A stretch of DNA of 64,000 nucleotides from an uncultured Chloroflexia bacterium. GTDB taxonomy: Bacteria > Chloroflexota > Limnocylindria > Limnocylindrales > CSP1-4. Shown here piece by piece: positions 28,403-38,459 of this stretch. Made by a program: the position numbers and the translations under genes. The DNA is taken from contig CAVVJT010000010.1 of assembly GCA_963748625.1 (NCBI GenBank), positions 1,216,001 to 1,280,000 of the forward strand, read 5' to 3'. Each line of letters opens with the position of its first letter. Position 1 is the stretch's first letter. A model generated the notes under the pieces. The model ran no database searches and was not told the origin of the DNA. It was given only the letters and a program-made list of their open reading frames with translations.

Positions 28403-29586
28403 GCGCGGGCCTCCGCATAGCGGCGGACGACACGGCTGCCGATGCCGGTCAGCACCTCGTGCGGGATCGTGCCCGCCCAGGTCGCCCAGTCGAGCACCGT
28501 GGGCGCGCCATCCGTCCCGTCACCGAACACCGTGACCGGGTCCCCGATCCGAACCGGCAGGCTGCCGACGTCCAGGATCGCCTGGTCCATGCTGATGCGG
28601 CCGGCCACCGGGACGCGCCGGCCGGCGACGAGCATCCACGCCCGATCGCCGGCGATCCGCGGCAGGCCGTCCGCGTACCCCACGGGCACGAGCGCAAGCT
28701 GCGTCGGCCGTGACGTCACGTACCTGGCGCCATACCCGACACCCTCGCCGGCACCGACGTTCCGCACACCGATGACGCGCGTGGTGACGGTCATGGCGGG
28801 GCGGTGGCCCCCGCCGCCAAGGACGTCGATCCCGTACAGCCCGGCCCCCACCCTGACCATCGAGCAGCCGGCCGACCCGAGCTGGATAACGCCCCCCGAG
28901 TTCGCGAGATGCGTGAGCTCGGGCACCAGGCCCGCCGCGCGCGCCGCCTCGACCCCCGCCGCGAGCGCCACCCGCTGCTCATCATTGCGGGGGTCCCCGG
29001 GGACGTCACCGTGCGCCAGGTGCGACCAGATCGCACGGACACGCAGTCTGCCCCGGCGCTCCAGCTCCGCGGCGCGCGCCACGACGTCGGGCCAGGCGTC
29101 GGCGGAGGCGCCCGCACGGTGCAGGCCGGTGTCGAGCTTGAGATGGACCTCGGGGAGCCTGCGCCCGCCGGCCGCGGCGATGCGCTCCAGGTCGTCCGCC
29201 GATGCGGCGGAGACGTCGATGCCGTCCGCGATCGCCTCGTCCAGGCAGGCCGGCTCTAGGAGCCAGGCGAGGACGGGCGCCCGGAGGCCGGCGGCCCGGA
29301 GGGCGAGGCCCTCACGCAGCCGGGCCACACCAAGCCACCCGGCCCCGGCGGCGAGCGCCGCGGATGCGACGGGGACGGCTCCATGCCCGAAGGCGTCGGC
29401 CTTGACCACCGCCATCACCTGGGCCCCGGCCGCGCGCCGGGCGAACCAGCGCGTGTTGGCGGCAATCGCGTCCAGGTCCACGCGGGCCTCGGCGAGGTCC
29501 GGCACCACCCCGGCGAGGCCGGCGACCGAACCGGCCAGGCGCGGCAGGCCGGCGGGCCCGATGCGCGCGGTCTCCACGGCGCCCAT
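28399..29586 (-). CDS. alr: Alanine racemase
   Basis: AVVKADAFGHG, HLKLDTGLHR, HLANSG, VGYADG, GRISMDQ; start uncertain (29586 or 29598). Confidence 0.92.
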   Translation of the reverse strand: MGAVETARIGPAGLPRLAGSVAGLAGVVPDLAEARVDLDAIAANTRWFARRAAGAQVMAVVKADAFGHGAVPVASAALAAGAGWLGVARLREGLALRAAGLRAPVLAWLLEPACLDEAIADGIDVSAASADDLERIAAAGGRRLPEVHLKLDTGLHRAGASADAWPDVVARAAELERRGRLRVRAIWSHLAHGDVPGDPRNDEQRVALAAGVEAARAAGLVPELTHLANSGGVIQLGSAGCSMVRVGAGLYGIDVLGGGGHRPAMTVTTRVIGVRNVGAGEGVGYGARYVTSRPTQLALVPVGYADGLPRIAGDRAWMLVAGRRVPVAGRISMDQAILDVGSLPVRIGDPVTVFGDGTDGAPTVLDWATWAGTIPHEVLTGIGSRVVRRYAEARA

Positions 29587-29590
29587 GCCA

Positions 29591-30376
29591 CTAGCCATCG
29601 GCGCGCACCATGTGGTCCCAGAGCCAGGCGCGCGGGACCAGGCCGCTGCGCTGGATCGCTGCGGCGCGCGCCCGCCCGAAGTACCGGAGATGCCACGGCT
29701 CGTCCTGGTAGCAGGACTCGGCGCCGGCGCCCGACGGATAGGACACCACGAACCCGAACCGCCAGCCGTTGCCGGCGAGCCATGTGTGGGCACCGGGTGT
29801 GTCGGCGAAGTCGAGCGCCGTGCCCAGCTGGTGCTCGCTGTGGCCCGGGCGCGCTGCCCGCCGGGCGCCGTCCTCCGGGCCGAGGAGCCGGGTGAAGTCG
29901 CGGTAGAGCGCTGCCTGGTCGTCGTAGTTCCGGTAGCCGGAGGTCACCTCGAGGGTGACGCCGGCGCGGCCGGCGTCGGCGGTCATCGCCCGCAGGTCGG
30001 CGATGACCAGGCGACGCACCCGATGGCCATCGCCCAAGCCGGCCCTGGCCGTGGAGACGAGGTTCGGTGGCTCATAGTCCGGGGCCACGCTGAAGTGCGT
30101 GTCGAGCAACGTGGACGCCCACTGGCGGGGCAGGGGGTGCGTGGCCGGCTCGTCGGCCTGGTCGCACGCGGGCAGCGGCCCTGACACCGGTGACGGCCGG
30201 GCGGCCCGCGTCTCCGGCTCGGCAGGGCTGCCGGGTACGGTCGCGACCACCACGCGGACGGCAGAGCTCGCCCCGGCCAGGAGCAGGAGGAGGCCGAGCA
30301 CCACGAGCAGTCGGAGGGAGAAGGTCCCCGGTGTCACGCGCTCCGGCGCAGCGCCCGGGACGCGGGGATTCGTCAT
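29591..30376 (-). CDS. vanY: VanY-like D,D-carboxypeptidase (M15B), membrane anchored
   Basis: SGYR, ARPGHSEHQLGTALD, EPWHLRY. Confidence 0.85.
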   Translation of the reverse strand: MTNPRVPGAAPERVTPGTFSLRLLVVLGLLLLLAGASSAVRVVVATVPGSPAEPETRAARPSPVSGPLPACDQADEPATHPLPRQWASTLLDTHFSVAPDYEPPNLVSTARAGLGDGHRVRRLVIADLRAMTADAGRAGVTLEVTSGYRNYDDQAALYRDFTRLLGPEDGARRAARPGHSEHQLGTALDFADTPGAHTWLAGNGWRFGFVVSYPSGAGAESCYQDEPWHLRYFGRARAAAIQRSGLVPRAWLWDHMVRADG

Positions 30377-30460
30377 GCCCTGACCGTACGGACGCGGGCC
30401 GGCGGGCACATCGGACCTTGGGTGGATTCTCGCCTCCCCCCACGGGATGAGGCGCGGCGG

Positions 30461-31117
30461 TCAGTCGCCCCCGATGGCCCCGCACTCGTAGGCCAGCACG
30501 ACCAGCGCGACCCGGTCGCGCATGCCGGTCTTGGCGAGGATGTTTCCGACATGCGTCTTGACGGTCGCCTCGGAGACGACCAGGGCCTCGGCGATCTCGC
30601 CGTTGGTGAGGCCGCGCGCGATCGCGAGCCACACCTCGTGCTCGCGCTCCGTCAGCGTCTCAACGCCGGTCGTCACCGGGACCGTGGCGCCGCGCTTCAC
30701 GTAGCGCTCGATCAGCCGCCGGGTGGTGCTTGGGGCGACCACCGCATCGCCAGCGTGCACAGCCCGGACGGCGCGCAGCAGGTCCTCGGGCATGGCGTCC
30801 TTGAGCAGGAAGCCCGAGGCGCCCGCCTGGAGGGCGGAGAACGCGTACTCGTCGAGGTCGAACGTCGTCAGCACCACCACCCGCGGCCCTTGCGGGCGCC
30901 CGGTGACGATCATTCGGGTCGCCTCCACGCCGTCGAGGCGGGGCATCCGGACGTCCATCAGCACCACGTCGGCGTCAAGGTTCGCCAGCAGCTCGACCGC
31001 CTCCTGCCCGTCGCCCGCCTCGCCCACGACCGTGAGGTCCGGCTGGGAGTTGATGAGCATCGCGAAGCCCGAGCGCACGAGGGCCTGGTCGTCCACCAGC
31101 ACGACACGGATCGTCAT
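30461..31117 (-). CDS. NarL-family response regulator
   Basis: VVLVDDQALVR, LMDVRMP, LTTFDLDEY, GASGFLLKD, LuxR HTH. Confidence 0.93.
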   Translation of the reverse strand: MTIRVVLVDDQALVRSGFAMLINSQPDLTVVGEAGDGQEAVELLANLDADVVLMDVRMPRLDGVEATRMIVTGRPQGPRVVVLTTFDLDEYAFSALQAGASGFLLKDAMPEDLLRAVRAVHAGDAVVAPSTTRRLIERYVKRGATVPVTTGVETLTEREHEVWLAIARGLTNGEIAEALVVSEATVKTHVGNILAKTGMRDRVALVVLAYECGAIGGD

Positions 31118-32439
31118 GCAGGAGTCCCCGTCGTCGGGCGCGTCCCATCGGGGATCTCCACCTCGACCGTGAAACCACCCGACGCATTGGGTCCGGCCAC
31201 CATCTTGCCGCCCAGCAGGCCGACGCGCTCCCGCATCCCAAGCAGCCCGAGGCCCCGGCGCTCGTCGAGGGACGGCGCGACCGGGCGCTGGCCCGGCTCG
31301 TTGGTGACGACGAGGCCCAGCCCGAACGGCAGGAACGTGACCCGGACCTCCACGCGCGTCGGGCCGACGTGGTGAAGGACGTTGGTGAGCGACTCCTGCA
31401 CCACGCGATAGGCCGTGAGGCCGACGCCTGGCTGTACCGCTCGGGGCGTCCCGTCCTCGAGGTAGCTGACGCTCAGGCCGGCGTCGCGGAAACGCTCGAT
31501 GAGCGTCGGGATCGCGGCGAGCCCGGGCTGCGGCGCCAGCTGCGCGGCGTCCGGATCGTCCCGGAGCACGCCGAGGAGGTGCCGCATCTCCGCGAGCGAC
31601 TCGCGGCCGGTAGCGGCGATCGTGGCGAGCGCCTGGCGTGGCGCCTCCGGGTGCTCGGCCTCCGCGTACAGCGCGCCGTCCGCCTGGACGATCATCACGG
31701 ACAGCCCATGCGCCACGACGTCGTGCAATTCGCGCGCGATCCGGTGGCGCTCGGCCATGGCATCGAACCGCGCGTTGGCCTGCCGCTCGCGCTCCTGCTG
31801 CGCGACCCGCTCGATCCGGGCCTCGTCGCGCTCCCGCGACGCCCGCAGCTGGTCGCCCACGACCCAGACCACGAGGAGCACCGCGAACCCGGCCGCGAAC
31901 CCGACGGTGCGCCCGCTGTTGAGCAGGTCGAGCATGCTCGACAGGCTGGACAGGCGGTCGACGAGATCGGCATCGAGGACCCAGATGCCGAGGTAGCCGA
32001 CGGCGGCGATGACGAGCGCCAGCCGGGCGAACCCGCGATCCCCGTGGGCGGCCACGGAGAACAGCGAGATGCCCATCGCCACGTTCCAGGCGGCGAACGG
32101 CTCGCCGGTGACCACCTGCGCCAGGCCGACGGCACAGATCGCCAGGTAGGACGCCTTCGGCCGGATCCGGCGCCATGCGAGCGCTGCCGCGCATGCGAGG
32201 ACGAGGGCGATCGACCCGAGCGAGCCGAGCCCCACCCGCAGCTCCACGGAGACGGACAGGGGGCCGCCGCCCGCGAACAACGGCAGCGACAGCACAGCCG
32301 GACCGAGCGCCAGGACCGTGGGGCCGATGAAGACGCCCGCGTAGACCGCCGCGATGGCGACGTCGGACGCGCCGGGGCGGCGCGCGGCCACCGTCCCGGC
32401 GACAGGTTCCGGGCGAGCGACGCTGGCTGGCTGGGTCAC
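31114..32439 (-). CDS. Membrane sensor histidine kinase (HisKA_3)
   Basis: Multi-TM N-terminus, ERHRIARELHDVVAHGLS, YRVVQESLTN, GLGLLGMRER; overlaps regulator by ATGA. Confidence 0.92.
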   Translation of the reverse strand: MTQPASVARPEPVAGTVAARRPGASDVAIAAVYAGVFIGPTVLALGPAVLSLPLFAGGGPLSVSVELRVGLGSLGSIALVLACAAALAWRRIRPKASYLAICAVGLAQVVTGEPFAAWNVAMGISLFSVAAHGDRGFARLALVIAAVGYLGIWVLDADLVDRLSSLSSMLDLLNSGRTVGFAAGFAVLLVVWVVGDQLRASRERDEARIERVAQQERERQANARFDAMAERHRIARELHDVVAHGLSVMIVQADGALYAEAEHPEAPRQALATIAATGRESLAEMRHLLGVLRDDPDAAQLAPQPGLAAIPTLIERFRDAGLSVSYLEDGTPRAVQPGVGLTAYRVVQESLTNVLHHVGPTRVEVRVTFLPFGLGLVVTNEPGQRPVAPSLDERRGLGLLGMRERVGLLGGKMVAGPNASGGFTVEVEIPDGTRPTTGTPA

Positions 32440-32586
32440 GCGCGCAGTGTAGACAACCCGGCAGGCCCCCGGACATACCCGGCCTGCCGATCGTGCCAGC
32501 GTGGGATCGGCGCGCGCCTGGCAACGAGGCGCGGCGACGCGTCGATTGAGGTTCGCCGCGATCGGTCGCGGGCGTACGCTGGGGGC

Positions 32587-33237
32587 ATGCCTCGCAAGCC
32601 CCGGACTGCCGCCGTCGCACCCCCCGCCGATGCTGCCGCACGCGCTTGGCCGCGGCCCGCCAAGATCGCCTTCATCGGCTCCCACGGGATCCGCAAGACC
32701 AGCGCCGTGCTGGCGTTCGCGGCCGAGGTGCAGCGGGCAGGCCGCTCGGTCGAGCTGGGGCGGGAGGTCGTGCGCGACAACCCGCTGGGCATCAACGAGG
32801 GGGCCACCGGCGAGGCGCAGCTCTGGGTCCTCGTCTCGCAGATCCGCGAGGAGCTGCAGCTCGCGCGCAAGGCGGACGTGCTGGTGACGGACCGCGGCGT
32901 CATGGACAATTACGCGTACTACCTTCGGTCGTGTGGCGGCGTGGACACCTTCGCTGCCGAGCCGCTTGTCCGGGAGTGGTCACGGACGTACGACCTGGTC
33001 GTCCGCCTCCTGCCGGACGTCGCGCTCCAGGCCGACGGTGTCCGGTCCACCAGCGACGCGTTCCGCGACGAGATCGAGGCAATCCTCGACCGCGTGCTCC
33101 CGGACCTCGTACCTTCCGAGCGCCTGATGACACTCCGGGCATCGGAGGTGACCAGCCGCTTCGACTTCTTCGGCGTGTTGGAACGGCTGGCAGGCTCGAT
33201 CGGTGCGACGGTGAGCCCACCCGACCTCTGGCGGTAG
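32587..33237 (+). CDS. P-loop nucleotide-kinase-like protein (AAA_28/NadR-like)
   Basis: KIAFIGSHGIRKTS, EVVR, VTDRGVMDNYAY, DGVRSTS. Confidence 0.7.
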   Translation: MPRKPRTAAVAPPADAAARAWPRPAKIAFIGSHGIRKTSAVLAFAAEVQRAGRSVELGREVVRDNPLGINEGATGEAQLWVLVSQIREELQLARKADVLVTDRGVMDNYAYYLRSCGGVDTFAAEPLVREWSRTYDLVVRLLPDVALQADGVRSTSDAFRDEIEAILDRVLPDLVPSERLMTLRASEVTSRFDFFGVLERLAGSIGATVSPPDLWR

Positions 33238-33259
33238 GGTCGCCCGGTCCGGCCGCTGC

Positions 33260-35026
33260 CTACCAGCCTTCGGGGGCCGGCTCCACGACCGCGGCGCGCA
33301 GCTCGACCGCCGTCACGTCGCCGGCGGCGGCGTCCACGTCCACCTTGAGTGTCGCGCCGCCGCCCCGCTCGGTGACGAGGTCCCAGGTCGTCGAGGTCAC
33401 GCCATCGCCCGCTCGCGGCATGCCGAGCCCGAGCCTCCCGAACCGGGGCGACGCGGCGCGCAGGGTCCGCCCGATCGCCTCGGGATCCAGCGCCGCAGCC
33501 CGGGGCAGGTCGGCTGGCCAGGCAGGCGCAGGCTCACTGGCGGCGGCAAGCAGCCGCTCAGCCGCCGAGACCAGCGCGGCCGATGGGTCTCCAACCGGGG
33601 TCACCCTGAGGGTCTGGATCCGCGGCTCGGGTTCGGGGGTGAGCAGGATCTCCAGCTGGACCCAGCCCCGCTCGCCGCGCAGCCACCAGCGCCGGTGGGC
33701 GGGCGAGGCCTCGACGACGGGCCGCGACGCATCGGTCCGGAATGGGCCAAGCTCGGACCTCACCTGCTCCACCGCCGCACGCCGGTCGGGGCGCGGCTCA
33801 TCCAGGTCCATGTTCATCGCGAACACGGCGTCGGCGAGCTCGTCGTCCCACGTGGCGACCAGACCCTCGGCAAGGGCTTGGAAGCGGCCGAGGGCCGGCC
33901 ACGGACGGGGCGTCCGCCGCCGCACCCCGCCATCCTGGACCAGGACCGGGAGCAGTTGGCCGGCCGGCCAGGAGAGACCCGCGTACCGGAGATTGCCCAA
34001 GGCGATCAGCCCGGTGCCGCTCGCCGGGTGCCAGGTCATCGCGGACCCGTAGCCCGGGTAGCCGCCGGAGTGGGTCACCACCGTCCCAATCGAGGGGTGC
34101 AGCATGATGAACAGCCCATAGCCGTAGCCACCGGCGAGCACGGACGGCGGCTCGTCGGGGACCTGGGCCTCGACCATGGCACCGGATGCGCGGTGCAGCT
34201 GCTGCATTTCGCGGCGCGAGGCGCGGCGAACAGGGTGGGCATCGTCGGGATCGTCGCGGGCAGGGAACGCGTCGAGCAGGCCGGCCACCCAGCGCGCCAG
34301 GTCGCGGACGGTCGAGTAGAGCCCGCCCATCGACGCGAAGGCCCCATACGGGTCCCTCCCCTCGCGGATCAGCGCGTCGCCGCGGCGGACGTAGCCGTGG
34401 GCCAGGCGTGCCGCCGGCACAGCATCCTCGTCGTAGGCGGAGGCGGCCATGCCGAGCGGGACCAGCAGACGCTCGCGCACCACCTCCCGGTACTCGACGG
34501 CTGCGACGTTCGTCACGACCCGACCCAGGATGGCGTACCCGAGGTTGCTGTAGTCGAACGTCGTGTCCGACGGCCAGGCGACCGAGGGACCGGCCTCGAG
34601 CAGTCGGGCGAAATCGGCGAGCGGCAGCCCCTGCTGGCGATCGCCCCACGGATCGTCCGTGGGCAGACCGGCCGACATCGTGAGCAGCTGACGGATGGTG
34701 ACCGGGCCGGCATCGGCCGTGGTCGGCCGCCAGGACCGCAGCTCGGGGACGTGCTCGGCGACCGGGTCGTCGAGGCGCAGGCGTCCCTCGTCGCGCAACA
34801 GCAGGATCGCCGCGGCGGTGAACGACTTGGTCATCGACGCGATCCGGAACACCGTGTCACCGTCAGGCAGGCGGTCCTCGCCATCGCGGGCGGTCCCGAG
34901 GCCGGCTGCGTGCACCAGCTCGCCGTCGCGGATCGCGCCCCAGGCGACGCCCGGAATGCCACGCTCGGCGGCGTATGCGGCGAAGCGCTGGTGGATGGAC
35001 GGCAGCAGGTCGTCGAATGCAGGCAT
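33260..35026 (-). CDS. Serine hydrolase, beta-lactamase/class C fold
   Basis: FRIASMTKS, YSNLGY, HSGGYPGY. Confidence 0.88.
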   Translation of the reverse strand: MPAFDDLLPSIHQRFAAYAAERGIPGVAWGAIRDGELVHAAGLGTARDGEDRLPDGDTVFRIASMTKSFTAAAILLLRDEGRLRLDDPVAEHVPELRSWRPTTADAGPVTIRQLLTMSAGLPTDDPWGDRQQGLPLADFARLLEAGPSVAWPSDTTFDYSNLGYAILGRVVTNVAAVEYREVVRERLLVPLGMAASAYDEDAVPAARLAHGYVRRGDALIREGRDPYGAFASMGGLYSTVRDLARWVAGLLDAFPARDDPDDAHPVRRASRREMQQLHRASGAMVEAQVPDEPPSVLAGGYGYGLFIMLHPSIGTVVTHSGGYPGYGSAMTWHPASGTGLIALGNLRYAGLSWPAGQLLPVLVQDGGVRRRTPRPWPALGRFQALAEGLVATWDDELADAVFAMNMDLDEPRPDRRAAVEQVRSELGPFRTDASRPVVEASPAHRRWWLRGERGWVQLEILLTPEPEPRIQTLRVTPVGDPSAALVSAAERLLAAASEPAPAWPADLPRAAALDPEAIGRTLRAASPRFGRLGLGMPRAGDGVTSTTWDLVTERGGGATLKVDVDAAAGDVTAVELRAAVVEPAPEGW

Positions 35027-35064
35027 CGGCAGATGATGCCGGGTCCGGATCGTGCGCGGCTGGC

Positions 35065-36177
35065 CTACTCCGCCGTGGCCGACCACTTGGTCGACGGGTC
35101 GAACGCGATCCTTCCAGACGCCTTCGTCCCACGAAGGGTGCCGGACCACTTCACCGTCGACGCTTTCGCCACCTCGTCCGAGCTGAAGCTCTTGGGCCGC
35201 GCTGCCCAGCAACCCGTTGTGTCGTCCGTCTCGGGGCGGAACACCGCCTTGCCCTTCAGAGCTCCCGTGCCCGGCGTGTACGTGCCCGTGGCGTCGCCCT
35301 GCAGGATCAGCCGCACCGTGCAGGTCTTGAACTCGGCGTAGTCCGGGTCGTCCTGCCCTCCGAACGCACCCGTCAGGAGCGCGCCGATCGGGAAGGCCGG
35401 AACCTCGATCACGAACGTGCCGATGACCTCCCTGGTGTCCAGGAACACGACCAGCTCCACGTCGTGGTTCCCGATGTCCAACCCGGCCTTCTCCATGGCG
35501 GCGATGTCGAGGGCGCCGCGCAGCGTGATCGACTGGGGTGCTGACGTGGCCGCAGGCGGCGGGGTCGTGGTCGCCGGGGAGGACGCCTCGGTGGACGCCT
35601 CGGGGGACGCCTCGGGGGACGCCTCGGGGGACGCCTCAGTCGGGCCGGCCGACGGCTCGGGCGGTACTGAGGCGGTCGGTGTCTCCGAGGACGTCGGGGT
35701 CGGCTGCGGTTGGACAGCTGTTCCGCCGCCGCCAGGCTGGTCGTTGCCCTGGAGCGCGAGGATCGCCGCGAGGAAGACAACGAGCCCGACGGTGAGCACG
35801 CCCGCCACGGCTCGCCCGTAGTGCCGCTTCACCTCAAGTGGTGCCCCGTGGGCTGGCTTCACGCCGGACGTCGGGTCATAGGCCACGTTGACCCCCTCGG
35901 CCCATGCACCGGGGTTGTCGCTGGCACCCGGGTCTGGCGGGGGTGGACCGGCCTGGTTGGGCAGCGGAGCAGCAACGTCGTCCAGGGTCGAGAGCACGAA
36001 GTAGGCCCGGGCGGCATCTGGCGAGGACGGCAGAAGGGCACCAGCAGCAGGCGGTGGCGAACCCGCAGCGGCAGGCGGCGCGTCCGCGCTCGGCACCCGT
36101 CCGTCGAGCACTTCGCTGGCCAGGCGCTCAACCTCGCGCCCGACGTCCTCCGTCCCGTCGGTCCCCCGGTCGGGCAT
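35065..36177 (-). CDS. Hypothetical bitopic membrane protein with EASP repeats
   Basis: GGAGG before ATG, single TM, Pro/Ser/Thr linker, C-terminal domain with two Cys. Confidence 0.65.
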   Translation of the reverse strand: MPDRGTDGTEDVGREVERLASEVLDGRVPSADAPPAAAGSPPPAAGALLPSSPDAARAYFVLSTLDDVAAPLPNQAGPPPPDPGASDNPGAWAEGVNVAYDPTSGVKPAHGAPLEVKRHYGRAVAGVLTVGLVVFLAAILALQGNDQPGGGGTAVQPQPTPTSSETPTASVPPEPSAGPTEASPEASPEASPEASTEASSPATTTPPPAATSAPQSITLRGALDIAAMEKAGLDIGNHDVELVVFLDTREVIGTFVIEVPAFPIGALLTGAFGGQDDPDYAEFKTCTVRLILQGDATGTYTPGTGALKGKAVFRPETDDTTGCWAARPKSFSSDEVAKASTVKWSGTLRGTKASGRIAFDPSTKWSATAE

Positions 36178-36279
36178 GGTCGGCACCCTCCACGCGGGAC
36201 GCCGGGGCCAGTCTCCGTCACGAGCCCGGTTCGGCCAAGGGCCATTGGAACGTGGCGTGACCCTCTATGCTCCATCGAC

Positions 36280-37212
36280 ATGCCCCAGCCACGCGAGCTC
36301 CTGACCACCCCCTACCTGGACCCCGCCTTCGTGGCGCGGGTCGTGACGATGGCGGACCCGCTCGAGCGCAATGCCGCCATCACCCACGGCTACCATGACC
36401 TCTCCGAGGCCGTGGCGCAGCTCCTGGGGCGTGACCACGCCAACTGGCTGACCTTCGGCCAGTGGGCGAGCGGGGAGGCCCGGGAGTCGATCGATGGGTC
36501 GGCGGTGCCGGCCCTCGTCCGGCCGTTCTTCGGCAACGAGATCAGGGCGGCCGTCGGCGCGGGCAATGCCGCCATCTTCGGCGACGTGGCGCCCCCATTC
36601 ATCCGGTTCGTGACCGTGTTCGCCGACGTGGCGTCCGTCGATGTCCCGGGGCGGTCGTCGGCCGATGCTCGCGCCGAGCTCCTCGCCGATCCGCTGATCG
36701 CCGCCAACGAGGACCTCGTCCGGGCCTTCACGGCCTACGCGGATGCCTTCGACCTCCGGGCCTCCGGCGACCCCGATCCCGCTCGCCGCGCGGAGCGGAT
36801 GCTGGTGGCGAACGCGTCGATCGGGGCCCATGAGCAACTCGTCGCCGACCCGTACGTGCGCGCCGCGATCCCGGGGCGCTGGATCTCAGCGATCGTGGCC
36901 ACAAGCCACATGGGCCTCAAGGTGCCCGAAGGCATGCTGGAACTCCAGCGCGACGTGCCGCGGCCGGCCTATCTCGCGGGCGCCCAGTTCCCGCCCCACC
37001 TCGTGCAACTCGACGACCCGGAGGCCTGCGCGCTGGCGTCGCGGTTCGGCCAGGACCCGGACTCGGCCGAGGCCAGCGATGCCCTGGACTGGGAGTCCTA
37101 CGACGAGCGGATGGGCTTCATCTTCACGCTCCTGCGCGCCTACCAGGGTGACCCGGCGCTGTTCGCGCTGCCGCCCGGGACACCAGATCTGGCGGGGCCG
37201 GCCTCCGGCTGA
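36280..37212 (+). CDS. Conserved hypothetical protein
   Basis: Protein-like composition; RNAAITHGYHDLS...ANWLTFGQWAS...GNAAIFGD...HEQ...W..YDERM. Confidence 0.7.
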   Translation: MPQPRELLTTPYLDPAFVARVVTMADPLERNAAITHGYHDLSEAVAQLLGRDHANWLTFGQWASGEARESIDGSAVPALVRPFFGNEIRAAVGAGNAAIFGDVAPPFIRFVTVFADVASVDVPGRSSADARAELLADPLIAANEDLVRAFTAYADAFDLRASGDPDPARRAERMLVANASIGAHEQLVADPYVRAAIPGRWISAIVATSHMGLKVPEGMLELQRDVPRPAYLAGAQFPPHLVQLDDPEACALASRFGQDPDSAEASDALDWESYDERMGFIFTLLRAYQGDPALFALPPGTPDLAGPASG

Positions 37213-37227
37213 TGACCGGGAGGCCCG

Positions 37228-37815
37228 CTACCTCGCGATCCGCGGGATGACGAGCTTCGCCATGGCGATGGCTCCCGTCTTCGTCCCGTCCGGCCCCAGC
37301 CAGGACCCCGGCACGAGCCCGAGCACGCGGTTCCCGAGCTGGACCAGGAGCCGCCCGCCGAGCGGCTCCCAGCCTGCGGCGTCACCGAGGCCCTCGACCG
37401 GGTCGCCCGGCAGACCGCCGTTCAGGAACCGCGACGCCTGACCGTCGCTCCAGAGGTGCACCTCGGCGTGCAGCCACTCCGGGGTGTTGAGCTTGTAGTC
37501 CCACTGGCAGGTGACGTCCGTGTCCGGCATGGCGTCGTCCCAGCTCGTGAGGACCCAGCCGTCGACGGTGGAGATGCCCGCCAGCTCGTCCGTCGTCAGC
37601 ACCTGCTCGCAGGTGGGGTCCGTGCCGGCGGGTGCCGGGGCCGCTGCGGTGGATGCCGGCTCGGGGGTGGTCACGGCGGCCGCCGGCTGGGCCGTGGCCG
37701 CAACAGGAGCTGCCGAACCGCCGGCGGCGGCGAGGGCAGTCGCACCTCCGGAGGCGCCGCACGCGGCGACGAGGACGGCGAGGACTGCCGGGGTGAGGAC
37801 GGCGACGGGGCGCAT
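37228..37815 (-). CDS. Lipoprotein (DUF3558-like)
   Basis: AGGAG RBS, lipobox VAAC, CEQVLT...CQW...VEGLGDAAGW. Confidence 0.7.
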   Translation of the reverse strand: MRPVAVLTPAVLAVLVAACGASGGATALAAAGGSAAPVAATAQPAAAVTTPEPASTAAAPAPAGTDPTCEQVLTTDELAGISTVDGWVLTSWDDAMPDTDVTCQWDYKLNTPEWLHAEVHLWSDGQASRFLNGGLPGDPVEGLGDAAGWEPLGGRLLVQLGNRVLGLVPGSWLGPDGTKTGAIAMAKLVIPRIAR

Positions 37816-37842
37816 GGCGGGCTCCTTGTGGGGTGCGGCGGG

Positions 37843-38448
37843 TCAGGGAAGGCGTGACAGGGCCGTCTGCATCAGCGGCACGAGCACGTCGAGGGCGGCT
37901 TCGGTGGACTTGGCGGCAGTTCTGAAGTCGTTGAACTCGAAGGCGACGAAGCGGTCGCCGGCCTGGGCCTCGAGCAGGAGGCCGCGCGAGGGGTCCAGCC
38001 ACCACCACGCCTCGTCGCCGACGCCGGGGACCGTGGCTGCCTCGGCGGCGCGGAAGGCGTCGGGGGCGCCCGAGACGGTGACGCCGACCTGTGGGCCGTT
38101 GCCGTCCTTCGAGGCGTGGAGGCAGCTGCGAATGTTGACGTCGGGCGTGCCACCGCTGAAGGGCGGGCGCAGGGTGACGCCGAGTGCGGCCTCTGCCTCC
38201 GCCTGGGTGATGAGAGCGCAGGCGTCGATGCCGGTGACGTCCGCGCCGCCCGGCGTGGGATCAGCGTTGCCGGCGCCGGGATCGTCCGATGGCACCTCGG
38301 CCGGAGCCGTCGTGACGACGGGCGATGCGGGAGCCTCGACGGGCTGGGCACTGTCGCCTGGCGCCGAGGCCGGCTGCGCGGGCGCGGCTGCGCCGCAGGC
38401 CGCCAGCAGGAGGGCGAGGAACGGGATGAGGGCAAGGGTGGGGCGCAT
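37843..38448 (-). CDS. Lipoprotein (DUF3558-like), paralogous to the adjacent gene
   Basis: AAGGAG RBS, lipobox LAAC, DACALIT...C...VPGVGDEAWW. Confidence 0.72.
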   Translation of the reverse strand: MRPTLALIPFLALLLAACGAAAPAQPASAPGDSAQPVEAPASPVVTTAPAEVPSDDPGAGNADPTPGGADVTGIDACALITQAEAEAALGVTLRPPFSGGTPDVNIRSCLHASKDGNGPQVGVTVSGAPDAFRAAEAATVPGVGDEAWWWLDPSRGLLLEAQAGDRFVAFEFNDFRTAAKSTEAALDVLVPLMQTALSRLP

Positions 38449-38459
38449 GACGGACTCCT

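Noticed and set aside
33260-35026. True beta-lactamase resistance gene
   Set aside because: No signal peptide and a long C-terminal extension; generic serine hydrolase.
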